Source: a virus (lineage: Duplodnaviria > Heunggongvirae > Uroviricota > Caudoviricetes). Taken from it: a stretch of DNA of 40,713 nt. Each line of letters begins with the position of its first letter. Position 1 is the stretch's first letter. Below the pieces are notes generated by a model, which saw nothing but the letters and a program-made list of their open reading frames with translations, did no database searches and was not told where the DNA came from. Shown here one piece after another: positions 10,355 to 18,930 of this stretch. The position numbers and the translations under genes were made by a program. The stretch lies in IMG/VR virus record IMGVR_UViG_2671180360_000017; one strand, written 5' to 3'.

Positions 10355-10543
10355 ATGCAGGACTATTTTTTGGAGTCTTTGAAGCTCCAGCGCATTGATT
10401 TTTTTCTTAAGCTTGTAGCGGCTAGTGAGTGTAGTGATGAAGAGAAGGGGCTGGCTTTGCAGTGGGTTTCTGAACTGACAGATGAACTCATGGCAAAAAT
10501 CAGAACCCACGAATACAACCGCTCAATGGATGTCATCAGCTGA
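10355..10543 (+). CDS. Small SOS-controlled protein (62 aa), possible Tum-like antirepressor
   Basis: ATG preceded by an aggagg RBS, directly downstream of the LexA box; function inferred only from position (186 tum is LexA-controlled). Confidence 0.45.
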   Translation: MQDYFLESLKLQRIDFFLKLVAASECSDEEKGLALQWVSELTDELMAKIRTHEYNRSMDVIS

Positions 10544-10553
10544 GGTGACTTTT

Positions 10554-10787
10554 ATGCGCATTGAAATAATGATCGATAAAGAGCAGAAGATTAGCCAGTC
10601 TACCCTGGATGCCCTTGAATCCGAGCTTTACCGCAATCTGCGCCCCCTGTATCCCAAAACGGTAATTCGTATCCGCAAAGGTAGCTCTAACGGTGTGGAA
10701 CTGACCGGACTGCAACTGGACGAAGAAAGAAAACAAGTGCTGAAAATTATGCAGAAGGTGTGGGAAGACGACTGCTGGCTGCATTGA
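10554..10787 (+). CDS. DinI-family protein
   Basis: 77 aa beginning MRIEIMIDK and ending WEDDCWLH, closely resembling E. coli DinI; gaggtg RBS. Confidence 0.75.
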   Translation: MRIEIMIDKEQKISQSTLDALESELYRNLRPLYPKTVIRIRKGSSNGVELTGLQLDEERKQVLKIMQKVWEDDCWLH

Positions 10788-10923
10788 TAGGTTTCGTTTG
10801 TAATGAGTCATGTTTTTTGAGTCCGATAGTAGACAGCTAGAGGGATAAATGATTAATAGATAGATTAAACATAGTGATGGGCGTAAAATCGCGCGCATTT
10901 TATTGGCAACGGATCTGAACTCA

Positions 10924-11817
10924 ATGGCGGATAAGACTCAATCAGTAAGTATTGTGTATCAAGGCAAAGCTCTCGACGATCATAAGATGGATATTCTTTC
11001 GTTTGCGAAAAGTTTGCAGGGGCTAGGTGAGGCTATCTACTCTGCAAATGAGATTGTAAACGGAGGGCGAGACATTGAAGTTAACGTTGACGCTGAATTG
11101 ATAGCCGGTTCCTTTGGGTTTGATATTGAGGTTGTACAACATCTAGCTAATGCTAAAGATGTTGTACAAATTTTAGGTTTGTCAGCCATTCCTTTAGCCG
11201 TTGGCGGTGCTACAGTTTTAGAGGTTCTCAAGAAGCTTAACGGGCGTAAGATCGACATAGTCGAGAAAGCTAACGGTAGTGACAAAGTTAAGCTGAAAGT
11301 CGATGGTGAAGAGATTGTTTGCTCTGAAGATGTCGAAAAAATCGTTAATGCCCCAGAGATTCGTAAGGCTGTTGACGCGTTTGTCAGACAGCCTCTGTTA
11401 CAAGATGGTATCGACAATTTTGTGGTAAAAAAATCGCGCACCTCTAAGAAAGAAATCCTCAAAATTCATAAAGATGAGGCAGAAGAGTTTAAGTCGCCAA
11501 AAGTTCTCTTTGAAACCAAAGAAGAAGTTGACGAATTTGAAACAACCGTGACATTCGTTTCGGCGCATACTGACAAAAAAAGTGGCTGGCGTGTTGAGTT
11601 TGGCGGTGAAAAGCGCAATGTCAGAATGGAAGATAATGAGTTCATCAAGCTTGTTACTGGACCAGACGCCCCCAAAATTTTTGGCGAATTGTTTGCTGTG
11701 AAGATGAAGAAAATTGTGAAAGATTCCGGTGGCCAGGTAGACGAAAAGTTATCGATCATCAAAGTGGGTCGACACTTTGCCGCCAAAGATAGAAAAATAA
11801 AACCTGATGCGGATTAA
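10924..11817 (+). CDS. Hypothetical soluble protein (297 aa from ATG 10924; 304 aa if the TTG at 10903 is used), first gene of the AT-rich cargo operon
   Basis: Long uninterrupted ORF in AT-rich DNA between dinI-like gene and the cos region; highly charged K/E/D-rich; no recognisable motif. Confidence 0.6.
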   Translation: MADKTQSVSIVYQGKALDDHKMDILSFAKSLQGLGEAIYSANEIVNGGRDIEVNVDAELIAGSFGFDIEVVQHLANAKDVVQILGLSAIPLAVGGATVLEVLKKLNGRKIDIVEKANGSDKVKLKVDGEEIVCSEDVEKIVNAPEIRKAVDAFVRQPLLQDGIDNFVVKKSRTSKKEILKIHKDEAEEFKSPKVLFETKEEVDEFETTVTFVSAHTDKKSGWRVEFGGEKRNVRMEDNEFIKLVTGPDAPKIFGELFAVKMKKIVKDSGGQVDEKLSIIKVGRHFAAKDRKIKPDAD

Positions 11818-11819
11818 AA

Positions 11820-12083
11820 ATGTCTATAGATATTAGTGTGTTAGGATGGTTGGGGCTGCTTGTTGCAGCTCCAGCTATATTTATAGGTGCTAGAGTGGCT
11901 ATACGTAGCCTGCTCGATCGAGTTATTGTCGAAACAAAAGTTTCTATCACTTATACTGATGCAAACAAAAATGTCTATAAAACAAATATTTATATAAACA
12001 ATGATGATGAGTTAATAAAGCTCATCGATGATATAGCAGAGAAAAATAAGCGTGAGAGGAAGGAGTCAGCCTCTCATGCCTGA
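11820..12083 (+). CDS. Small membrane protein (87 aa, one N-terminal transmembrane helix)
   Basis: Starts 3 nt after the previous stop; hydrophobic segment VLGWLGLLVAAPAIFIGARVAI followed by a charged tail. Confidence 0.55.
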   Translation: MSIDISVLGWLGLLVAAPAIFIGARVAIRSLLDRVIVETKVSITYTDANKNVYKTNIYINNDDELIKLIDDIAEKNKRERKESASHA

Positions 12084-12492
12084 ACAAAAGAAAACAAGCG
12101 GTAAAGCAGTCGGTGTTACAGGTGGCGGCGGTGTAGGCCTTTTCCTAATAAAGCTGGCTAGCTTCATTACAGATCCAACATGGAAAGACCTTTACATTGC
12201 TTCAATACCGATGGTGTCAATTCTTTTAAGCGAAGTTTTTACTTTTGCATGGACGATTTATGCTGTTGATCCGCAAGAAATCAAACTGAAAAGGCGGTTG
12301 AAGGCTCTGAAGAAGCAAGCCGAAGCAGTTTTAAATGCACCATCGTCCCCTGTTTCTCCAGAAATGCGAGAGAAAGCGCAGGCTCGTTACGACGTGATCT
12401 GTGGAATTGAAATGGGAATTTACCCCCTCTCAATTGTAAATACGCTAGATGGAAAAGTATCCCCCACAGCGCAAACGCCGGACGTTAAATAG
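12076..12492 (+). CDS. Small membrane protein (138 aa, two predicted transmembrane helices)
   Basis: aggaagga RBS upstream of ATG 12076, overlaps the previous gene end; hydrophobic segments GVGLFLIKLASFI and IASIPMVSILLSEVFTFAWTIYAV. Confidence 0.55.
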   Translation: MPEQKKTSGKAVGVTGGGGVGLFLIKLASFITDPTWKDLYIASIPMVSILLSEVFTFAWTIYAVDPQEIKLKRRLKALKKQAEAVLNAPSSPVSPEMREKAQARYDVICGIEMGIYPLSIVNTLDGKVSPTAQTPDVK

Positions 12493-12553
12493 CAGTTTCT
12501 ACTTTGCATGACTATGCTGCATGAAATCGCATGATCGTTTGAGGATCGTTTTT

Positions 12554-12586
12554 GCAAAAGCCCGCCAGAACTGGCGGGCTTTTGCG
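12554..12586. terminator. Rho-independent terminator (possibly bidirectional) closing the three-gene cargo operon
   Basis: Perfect hairpin aaaagcccgccag / ctggcgggctttt flanked by A/T runs. Confidence 0.6.
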
Positions 12587-12628
12587 TAGAGCATGCATCT
12601 GCATGAAAACCACTACATAAAGCGGGCA

Positions 12629-12647
12629 GGCGTGGCGGGGATACGAG
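12629..12647. other. Candidate cos site (19 nt cohesive-end sequence)
   Basis: GGCGTGGCGGGGATACGAG resembles the P2/186 cohesive end as I remember it (GGCGAGGCGGGGAAAGCAC / GGCGTGGCGGGGAAAGCAT); lies on the portal side of gene A as in P2. Confidence 0.3.
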
Positions 12648-12762
12648 CGCGCGCTGGTTAATTTATATGAGAACAATCTCATATAAATATTCGAGACAAG
12701 TTGCAAAAAAACGCGGAGCATTATATGTTTAGTAGCAAATTCTGAACGTTGAGAATATTAAA

Positions 12763-14031
12763 ATGGAAATTTTTGATACGAATGATATCTTTGGGCTCTC
12801 AAGAGATTTGCCACTTAATTACATTGAAAGACCTGATGTTGATTTCAAACTTAAACAGGAATTACAAGCAAAGAAACATATTGTTATTTACGGCAGTTCA
12901 AAGCAGGGTAAGACTTGCGTAAGAAAACACTGTATTAATTCTGATGATTATATTTTGGTGCAGTGTTCGAATCGTTCTGATGTATCTGAATTGAATGCAA
13001 GTATTTTAAAAAGAGCTGGATTCGAAATAACTCAGTCTACCAAGAAAGGTATTACGGGGAAAAATAAAATAATCGCATCAATAAAAACTTCTATTTTGGG
13101 TTTTGTGGCGAGTGCCGGAGGCGAGATCGAAGATACGAAATCTCATGAACAAGTAACCGCGCCTTTAGAAATTGATGTTGATGATGTTAATGATGTTATA
13201 GCGGCTTTAAAATCTATAAATTTCAAGAAGATTATCGTTCTTGAGGATTTTCATTATATGCCTTTCGAAACTCAAAGAGATTTTTCGATCGCATTAAAAG
13301 CCTTTCATGAAACATCAAGCATTATTTTTGTAATTGTTGGAGTTTGGCTAGAAGATAATCGGCTCATTGTTTACAATGGTGACTTAACTGGCAGGATTAT
13401 TTCTGTTAACGCAGACAAATGGCAAGATTCTGAACTGGAGATGGCAATTGATAAAGGAGGTTTACTCCTTAACATTGATTTTGATCCAACTTTCAAAGCA
13501 GATGTAGTAACACACTGTCTCAATAGTATTTATTTAGTGCAAGAAGCATGTAGGCGTGCGTGTATTGAATGCGGAATATCAGAGACTCAGCAAACAAAAA
13601 GAACTATTGGAGCTGGTTTGGATGGAAAGGATATCATTGCAAAAATTGTTAATGACCAATCGGCTCGTTACAATTCTTTCCTTATTAATTTTTCAGATGG
13701 ATTTCAAGATACTGAACTTCAAATGCATAAATGGATTTTATATCCTGTCCTTTCATCAACCATTAGTGAACTTGAATTAGGTTTGAAATTTAAAGATATA
13801 AGGGCAATATTACAAAGTGTACATCCAAGAGGGGAGAAGTTAAACCTGGGTAATGTTACTCAGTCGTTACAATCAACGGCGTCTTTGCAAATAAAGAAAA
13901 ATATAATGCCTATTATTTTGGATTATGACCAAACAAATAGGAAACTGAATGTTGTTGATAAAGGCTTCCTAATATGGTTGCAACATCAAGATATCAAAGA
14001 TCTAAAGGATGATTTGGAGTTGCCAAATTAA
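12763..14031 (+). CDS. P-loop NTPase of unassigned family (422 aa), orphan cargo gene
   Basis: Walker A GSSKQGKT and Walker B-like IIVLEDFH; AT-rich; convergent with Q and separated from it by an inverted repeat. Confidence 0.7.
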   Translation: MEIFDTNDIFGLSRDLPLNYIERPDVDFKLKQELQAKKHIVIYGSSKQGKTCVRKHCINSDDYILVQCSNRSDVSELNASILKRAGFEITQSTKKGITGKNKIIASIKTSILGFVASAGGEIEDTKSHEQVTAPLEIDVDDVNDVIAALKSINFKKIIVLEDFHYMPFETQRDFSIALKAFHETSSIIFVIVGVWLEDNRLIVYNGDLTGRIISVNADKWQDSELEMAIDKGGLLLNIDFDPTFKADVVTHCLNSIYLVQEACRRACIECGISETQQTKRTIGAGLDGKDIIAKIVNDQSARYNSFLINFSDGFQDTELQMHKWILYPVLSSTISELELGLKFKDIRAILQSVHPRGEKLNLGNVTQSLQSTASLQIKKNIMPIILDYDQTNRKLNVVDKGFLIWLQHQDIKDLKDDLELPN

Positions 14032-14049
14032 TTCATGTCTTTATTATAG

Positions 14050-14078
14050 ATAATGGCGCCTATGTAGGCGCCATTATC
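14050..14078. terminator. Inverted repeat / bidirectional terminator between the NTPase gene and Q
   Basis: ataatggcgcc ... ggcgccattat palindrome between convergent genes. Confidence 0.45.
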
Positions 14079-15113
14079 TTAGAATTCAAGTGTATACGGT
14101 TTGAATTGGATTATATTCTCATTAGACCAACTATTTAATCCTTTTATTCTTTCCTGTAATGGTATTAGCTCATTCCTCACAAACACACAGCTAGCCTTTT
14201 CCACATCCCCAAATCCTCCAACATTATTAGGTATAATCCCCATCATTTGCGGTGGTACGCGGTGCGCAGCCATCATGTCATCGCGGCTGACATTTTTGAT
14301 ATTCAGAAACTCATCCTTCGCCGCAACTTCTGACAGAGGAATGATCTGAAGCCCATCCTTTTTGCCATTAGGTGAGTACATAAACAGGTTGCGGAAATTG
14401 CCTGGACCTTTGGCGCTTTTCATCGCGTTGCGGAGGTTGTTCACATCCTCCTGGTTCTGCGCCGCATCGGTCATGTACATGATGAAGCCTGCATGACTGC
14501 CGTTAATGTAATACTTGCGGCGGAACAGCGTGGCGGACTCGTTGAGCAAAGCGGATGGGATGGCAGAAAGATAGCCGGGCAGGCCGTAGATCTCCTGATT
14601 AATATCCGGTTCCATCAGATGAAAAATGCTGCCTTTCGTGAACTGATACGGCTGGGTTGTCATACCGTATTGCATAAACCAGTAGGTATCCAGGTCTAAC
14701 CCGCGTCGGGTGTATTTTGCCAGAGCAGGCTCAAGGGCTATAACTTCACCGAAGCGGTTCGTGCGTTTCTCCAGGTAGGCGTTACCAAATACCAGATAGT
14801 CCTGCACAAAACGTGAAAAAGCCTGCTGGCTGAGCAGCGGGTGAGGGATGTAGGTACTGGTCAGAATGTTGCATTTCACCGCAATTGGTGAGCTGTGATG
14901 CACGGCGGCGCGGAAGGTTCGTGCCAGTCCGTCAAAGCTGACGGGCGGCTCATACCAGCGATCCATCTGTACGCATTCCACATAGTCCAGCAGTTCACGG
15001 CGGTCCAGAACAGGAACGGGATCGCCAAAGCTGAATGCTTCGGCTGAAGTCTGGCTTTTATGCTTGAGCTGATTCGTCGCCGCAGCGCGGTTTTTCTTAC
15101 TCTTTCCCATCAA
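14079..15113 (-). CDS. Q: Portal protein gpQ
   Basis: 344 aa, same length as P2 Q as I recall it; first gene of the leftward late operon, followed by the terminase gene. Confidence 0.85.
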   Translation of the reverse strand: MMGKSKKNRAAATNQLKHKSQTSAEAFSFGDPVPVLDRRELLDYVECVQMDRWYEPPVSFDGLARTFRAAVHHSSPIAVKCNILTSTYIPHPLLSQQAFSRFVQDYLVFGNAYLEKRTNRFGEVIALEPALAKYTRRGLDLDTYWFMQYGMTTQPYQFTKGSIFHLMEPDINQEIYGLPGYLSAIPSALLNESATLFRRKYYINGSHAGFIMYMTDAAQNQEDVNNLRNAMKSAKGPGNFRNLFMYSPNGKKDGLQIIPLSEVAAKDEFLNIKNVSRDDMMAAHRVPPQMMGIIPNNVGGFGDVEKASCVFVRNELIPLQERIKGLNSWSNENIIQFKPYTLEF

Positions 15114-16876
15114 AAAATCTCCACAATATTGCTGGTATTGGCGGATTCGCCCTGCAGCGGTTCGTTAAACAGTGCGTGCATCGTTGCCCAGGCCAGATCG
15201 GCGTGGCTGGCTTCTTCGCTGCGGCTGGCTTCATAGGTCGGGCGGTTGCCGCTGGCGGTGGTGGCGCGACGGATTGCCATGAATGACTGCGCAATGTCGG
15301 TGTGCCCGGCGTCAAACTCCAGACGGCGGTGGCTGATAATGTCGTAGGCCTTGAGTACCAGGGCGTTTTTAACATTGGGGTTATAGACAAACTCCCGGAC
15401 AGCAGGAAAGAACGCTTTCACGTTCTCATAAACCCCGTGACCAACGCCGGTCGAGTCGATACCGATATAGGTCACGTTGTACTGTTCGGTCAGTTTTTTG
15501 ATGGCGTCAGCCTGGGCGCGGAAGTCCATCCCGCGCCACTGGTGACGTTCAAGAATGCGAAACTTACCGCCTGGCACGGCTGGCGGTGCCACCACCACGC
15601 ATCCGGCGCTGTCGCCGTTCTGCGTACCTTTTGCCGGGTCATAACCGATCCACACTTCGCGCCAGCCAAACGGGCGCAGGGCCAGAGCATGAAAGTCGGT
15701 CCAGACTTCCCAACTGTCCACCATGCACGCCTGCAGCTCGCTGAGCGGGAACACGGACGCGAGATCGTCCACGAACTCACACATCAGCAGGTTCTGGTAT
15801 TCGTCCGGGCTGTATTCCATGCGCAACTGGTCCAGGTCGAACAGGTTACAGCCGCCGCGCACTGCATCTTCCACGGTGACTATCTGGCGGTATTGCCCGT
15901 CTGCACACAGCAGGCCGGGAGCCAGATTGCTGTGGGACAGGTCGATGTCCACCTTATCGGCTTTGTTGCGCCCACGGTTGAACAGCGCACCGGACCAGAA
16001 CGGATAAGCACTGTGGGTCAGGCTGGATGGCGTGGAAAAATAGGTCTGTCGCCATTTCTTGTGAATAGCCATACCGGAAGCCACTTTGCGCAGCTCCTGG
16101 AATTTCGGTATCCAGAAATATTCATCCAGATACAGGTTGCCGTGATAACTCTGGGCAGTGCGGGCATTGGTGCCGAGGAAATACAGTGTGGCCCCGTTGG
16201 GAAGCACCATCGGATCGCCTTTCAGCTCCACCTCCACTTCTTTGGCAAAGTCGATGATGTACTGTTTGAAGACGTGGGCCTGTGCCTTACTGGCAGAAAG
16301 GAAAATCTGGTTACGTCCGGTAAGCAGGGCGTCAATCAGGGCTTCACGGGCAAAATAGAAGGTCGCGCCGATCTGGCGTGACTTCAGCAGGTTGCGGATG
16401 CGGTTGGTTTTTCCGGCTTCCCACCAGTGGCGCTGGTAGTTGAACATGGAGGAATGGAAAATTTCTTCCAGCTTCTCAATCTGGTCATCGGTGAAAACAT
16501 TCTTTTCAGGCTGACGGCGTGGGCCTTTGTTGCGGTTGGCGACGTTAGGGTTTAAGTCGGCTTCGTTGCCGCCATTGTTAAACTTGCCGATCCGCGCGTG
16601 GCGCTCAGACTGGCGCGCCAGCAGGTCAATCTCTTTGAAATCTTTCCCTTCTTTGTGCTCCTTCATGATGAGCTGGCAGTAGCGTGCGGCGGTGGTGAGC
16701 TGCATCTGATCCAGAGGCCCATAGTCACCCCACTTGTCGCGTTTTTTCCAGCTGTGAACGGTTGCAACTTTCTCGCCCAGCATTTCAGCAATGCGGGCTA
16801 CGCGGTATCCCTGAAAGTACAGCAGCATGGCCTGCCGACGGGGATCGAGATCTGCGGGTGTCAGTGTGGTGTTCAT
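15110..16876 (-). CDS. P: Terminase large subunit (ATPase) gpP
   Basis: 588 aa (P2 P about 590); Walker A-like KSRQIGAT; overlaps the Q start. Confidence 0.85.
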   Translation of the reverse strand: MNTTLTPADLDPRRQAMLLYFQGYRVARIAEMLGEKVATVHSWKKRDKWGDYGPLDQMQLTTAARYCQLIMKEHKEGKDFKEIDLLARQSERHARIGKFNNGGNEADLNPNVANRNKGPRRQPEKNVFTDDQIEKLEEIFHSSMFNYQRHWWEAGKTNRIRNLLKSRQIGATFYFAREALIDALLTGRNQIFLSASKAQAHVFKQYIIDFAKEVEVELKGDPMVLPNGATLYFLGTNARTAQSYHGNLYLDEYFWIPKFQELRKVASGMAIHKKWRQTYFSTPSSLTHSAYPFWSGALFNRGRNKADKVDIDLSHSNLAPGLLCADGQYRQIVTVEDAVRGGCNLFDLDQLRMEYSPDEYQNLLMCEFVDDLASVFPLSELQACMVDSWEVWTDFHALALRPFGWREVWIGYDPAKGTQNGDSAGCVVVAPPAVPGGKFRILERHQWRGMDFRAQADAIKKLTEQYNVTYIGIDSTGVGHGVYENVKAFFPAVREFVYNPNVKNALVLKAYDIISHRRLEFDAGHTDIAQSFMAIRRATTASGNRPTYEASRSEEASHADLAWATMHALFNEPLQGESANTSNIVEIF

Positions 16877-16922
16877 GGCACAAACCTACAGCCTTGAATG
16901 AAGGCTTTCCCCGCCTGCGGTT

Positions 16923-16940
16923 TGTGTGGTTGTCGGTACA
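16923..16940. promoter_or_regulatory. Ogr-type late-promoter activator site (TGT-N12-ACA) in the divergent P / O region
   Basis: tgtgtggttgtcggtaca in the 142 bp interval between divergent P and O. Confidence 0.45.
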
Positions 16941-17018
16941 AATACCGCGCATTGTTTCACTGCCCCTATCACCGCAACCATAAGGCTCCAGTAAGTTTTT
17001 TCTAACGGAGCACGGCTC

Positions 17019-17852
17019 ATGACAGTGAAAGCAAAGCGTTTTCGCATCGGGGTGGAAGGTGCCACCACCGACGGACGCGAAATCCAGCGTGAATGGCTGG
17101 AACAGATGGCAGCCAGCTATAACCCGGCGGTGTATACCGCGCTGATTAACCTTGAGCACATCAAGTCTTATCTGCCGGACAGCACCTTTAACCGCTACGG
17201 CAAGGTGACGGCGCTGTTTGCTGAAGAAATCACGGAAGGTCCGCTGGCAGGCAAGATGGCGCTGTATGCCGACGTTGAGCCAACGGAGTCCCTGGTGGAG
17301 CTGGTGAAAAAAGGCCAGAAATTATTCACCTCTATGGAAGTCAGCCCGAAGTTCGCTGATACGGGCAAAGCCTACCTGGTCGGCCTGGCTGCCACTGATG
17401 ACCCTGCCAGTCTGGGCACTGAAATGCTGACATTCAGCGCCAGTGCAGCCCATAACCCGCTGGCAAACCGCAAGCAGAATCCCGCCAATCTCTTTACCGC
17501 CGCAGAGGAAACGGTGATCGAACTGGAAGAAGTCCAGGACGACAAACCGTCCCTGTTTGCCCGCGTCACGGCGCTGTTTACCAAAAAAGAGCAGTCCGAT
17601 GACGCCCGGTTCTCTGATGTGCATAAGGCCGTGGAGCTGGTCGCCACTGAGCAGCAGAACCTGAGCGCACGCACCGAAAAATCCCTGTCTGAGCAGGAAG
17701 AACGTCTGTCTGAGCTGGAGACTGCCCTGCAGGCACAGCAGACCGCCTTTAACGAACTGGTGAATAAGCTGAGTCATGAAGACAGCCGCCAGGACTACCG
17801 CCAGCGTGCAACAGGCGGTAACGCCCCCGCTGACACTCTGACCAATTGCTGA
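17019..17852 (+). CDS. O: Capsid scaffolding protein gpO
   Basis: 277 aa (P2 O about 284), first gene of the rightward late operon, precedes the major capsid gene. Confidence 0.8.
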   Translation: MTVKAKRFRIGVEGATTDGREIQREWLEQMAASYNPAVYTALINLEHIKSYLPDSTFNRYGKVTALFAEEITEGPLAGKMALYADVEPTESLVELVKKGQKLFTSMEVSPKFADTGKAYLVGLAATDDPASLGTEMLTFSASAAHNPLANRKQNPANLFTAAEETVIELEEVQDDKPSLFARVTALFTKKEQSDDARFSDVHKAVELVATEQQNLSARTEKSLSEQEERLSELETALQAQQTAFNELVNKLSHEDSRQDYRQRATGGNAPADTLTNC

Positions 17853-17868
17853 TGGAGCACAAAACCCG

Positions 17869-18927
17869 ATGAAGAAGAATACCCGCTTTGCTTTTAACGC
17901 TTACCTGCAGCAGCTGGCGCGTCTGAACGGTGTGGCAGTTGAAGAACTGTCCAGCAAATTCACTGTGGAGCCGTCTGTGCAGCAGACGCTGGAGGACCAG
18001 ATCCAGCAGTCCGCCGCTTTCCTGACGCTGATTAACGTCACGCCAGTGACTGAGCAGTCCGGTCAGCTGCTGGGGCTGGGTGTTGGCAGCACCATTGCCG
18101 GAACCACTGACACCACCGCGAAAGAGCGTGAACCCGTCGATCCGACCCTGATGGTCGATGTGGAATATAAATGCGAGCAGACCAACTTTGACACGGTGCT
18201 GACCTACGCGAAGCTGGATCTGTGGGCGAAGTTTCAGGATTTCCAGGTGCGCATCCGTGACGCCATCGTGAAACGTCAGGCACTGGACCGCATCATGATC
18301 GGCTTTAACGGCGTGAAGCGTGCGAAAACCTCCAACCGTAGCGAAAACCCGCTGCTGCAGGATGTGAACAAAGGCTGGCTGCAGAAAATCCGTGAGGATG
18401 CACCGGATCACGTCATGGGCAGCACCACCACGGGCGGTGAAACCACTCCGGGTGCGGTGAAAGTCGGGAAAGGTGGCGAATATGCCAACCTGGACGCTGT
18501 GGTGATGGATGCCGTCAATGAGCTTATCGACGTGGTTTACCAGGACGATGACGATCTGGTGGTGATTTGCGGTCGTGAACTGTTGTCTGACAAGTATTTC
18601 CCGCTGGTCAACAAAGAGCAGGAAAACAGTGAAAAACTGGCTGCCGATATGATCATCAGCCAGAAACGCATGGGTGGCCTGCAGGCCGTGCGTGCGCCGT
18701 TCTTCCCGCCGAATGCGCTGCTGATCACCCGTCTGGATAACCTGTCCATCTACTGGCAGGAAGACACCCGCCGCCGTTCAGTTATCGACAACCCGAAACG
18801 TGACCGGATTGAAAACTTTGAATCCGTTAATGAAGCCTATGTGGTTGAGGACTACCGCTGCGCCGCACTGGTGGAAAACATCCAGATTGGTGATTTCAGC
18901 GCCGCCGCAGCCGAAACCGGAGCGTAA
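17869..18927 (+). CDS. N: Major capsid protein gpN
   Basis: 352 aa (P2 N about 357); synteny O-N-M. Confidence 0.85.
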   Translation: MKKNTRFAFNAYLQQLARLNGVAVEELSSKFTVEPSVQQTLEDQIQQSAAFLTLINVTPVTEQSGQLLGLGVGSTIAGTTDTTAKEREPVDPTLMVDVEYKCEQTNFDTVLTYAKLDLWAKFQDFQVRIRDAIVKRQALDRIMIGFNGVKRAKTSNRSENPLLQDVNKGWLQKIREDAPDHVMGSTTTGGETTPGAVKVGKGGEYANLDAVVMDAVNELIDVVYQDDDDLVVICGRELLSDKYFPLVNKEQENSEKLAADMIISQKRMGGLQAVRAPFFPPNALLITRLDNLSIYWQEDTRRRSVIDNPKRDRIENFESVNEAYVVEDYRCAALVENIQIGDFSAAAAETGA

Positions 18928-18930
18928 TCC

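Noticed and set aside
12512-12721. 69 aa minus-strand ORF between the cargo operon and the NTPase gene
   Set aside because: Spans the terminator hairpin and the candidate cos sequence; more plausibly non-coding regulatory / packaging DNA.
15302-16381. 359 aa plus-strand ORF inside the terminase gene P
   Set aside because: Entirely antisense to a well-supported, conserved, GC-rich gene; no RBS or synteny support. Long antisense ORFs are common in GC-rich coding DNA.
17749-18411. 220 aa minus-strand ORF overlapping the major capsid gene N (and similar antisense ORFs at 18778-19260, 19493-19846, 32933-33361, 33662-34138, 38013-38818)
   Set aside because: All lie antisense within conserved late genes with good synteny; no independent start signals.
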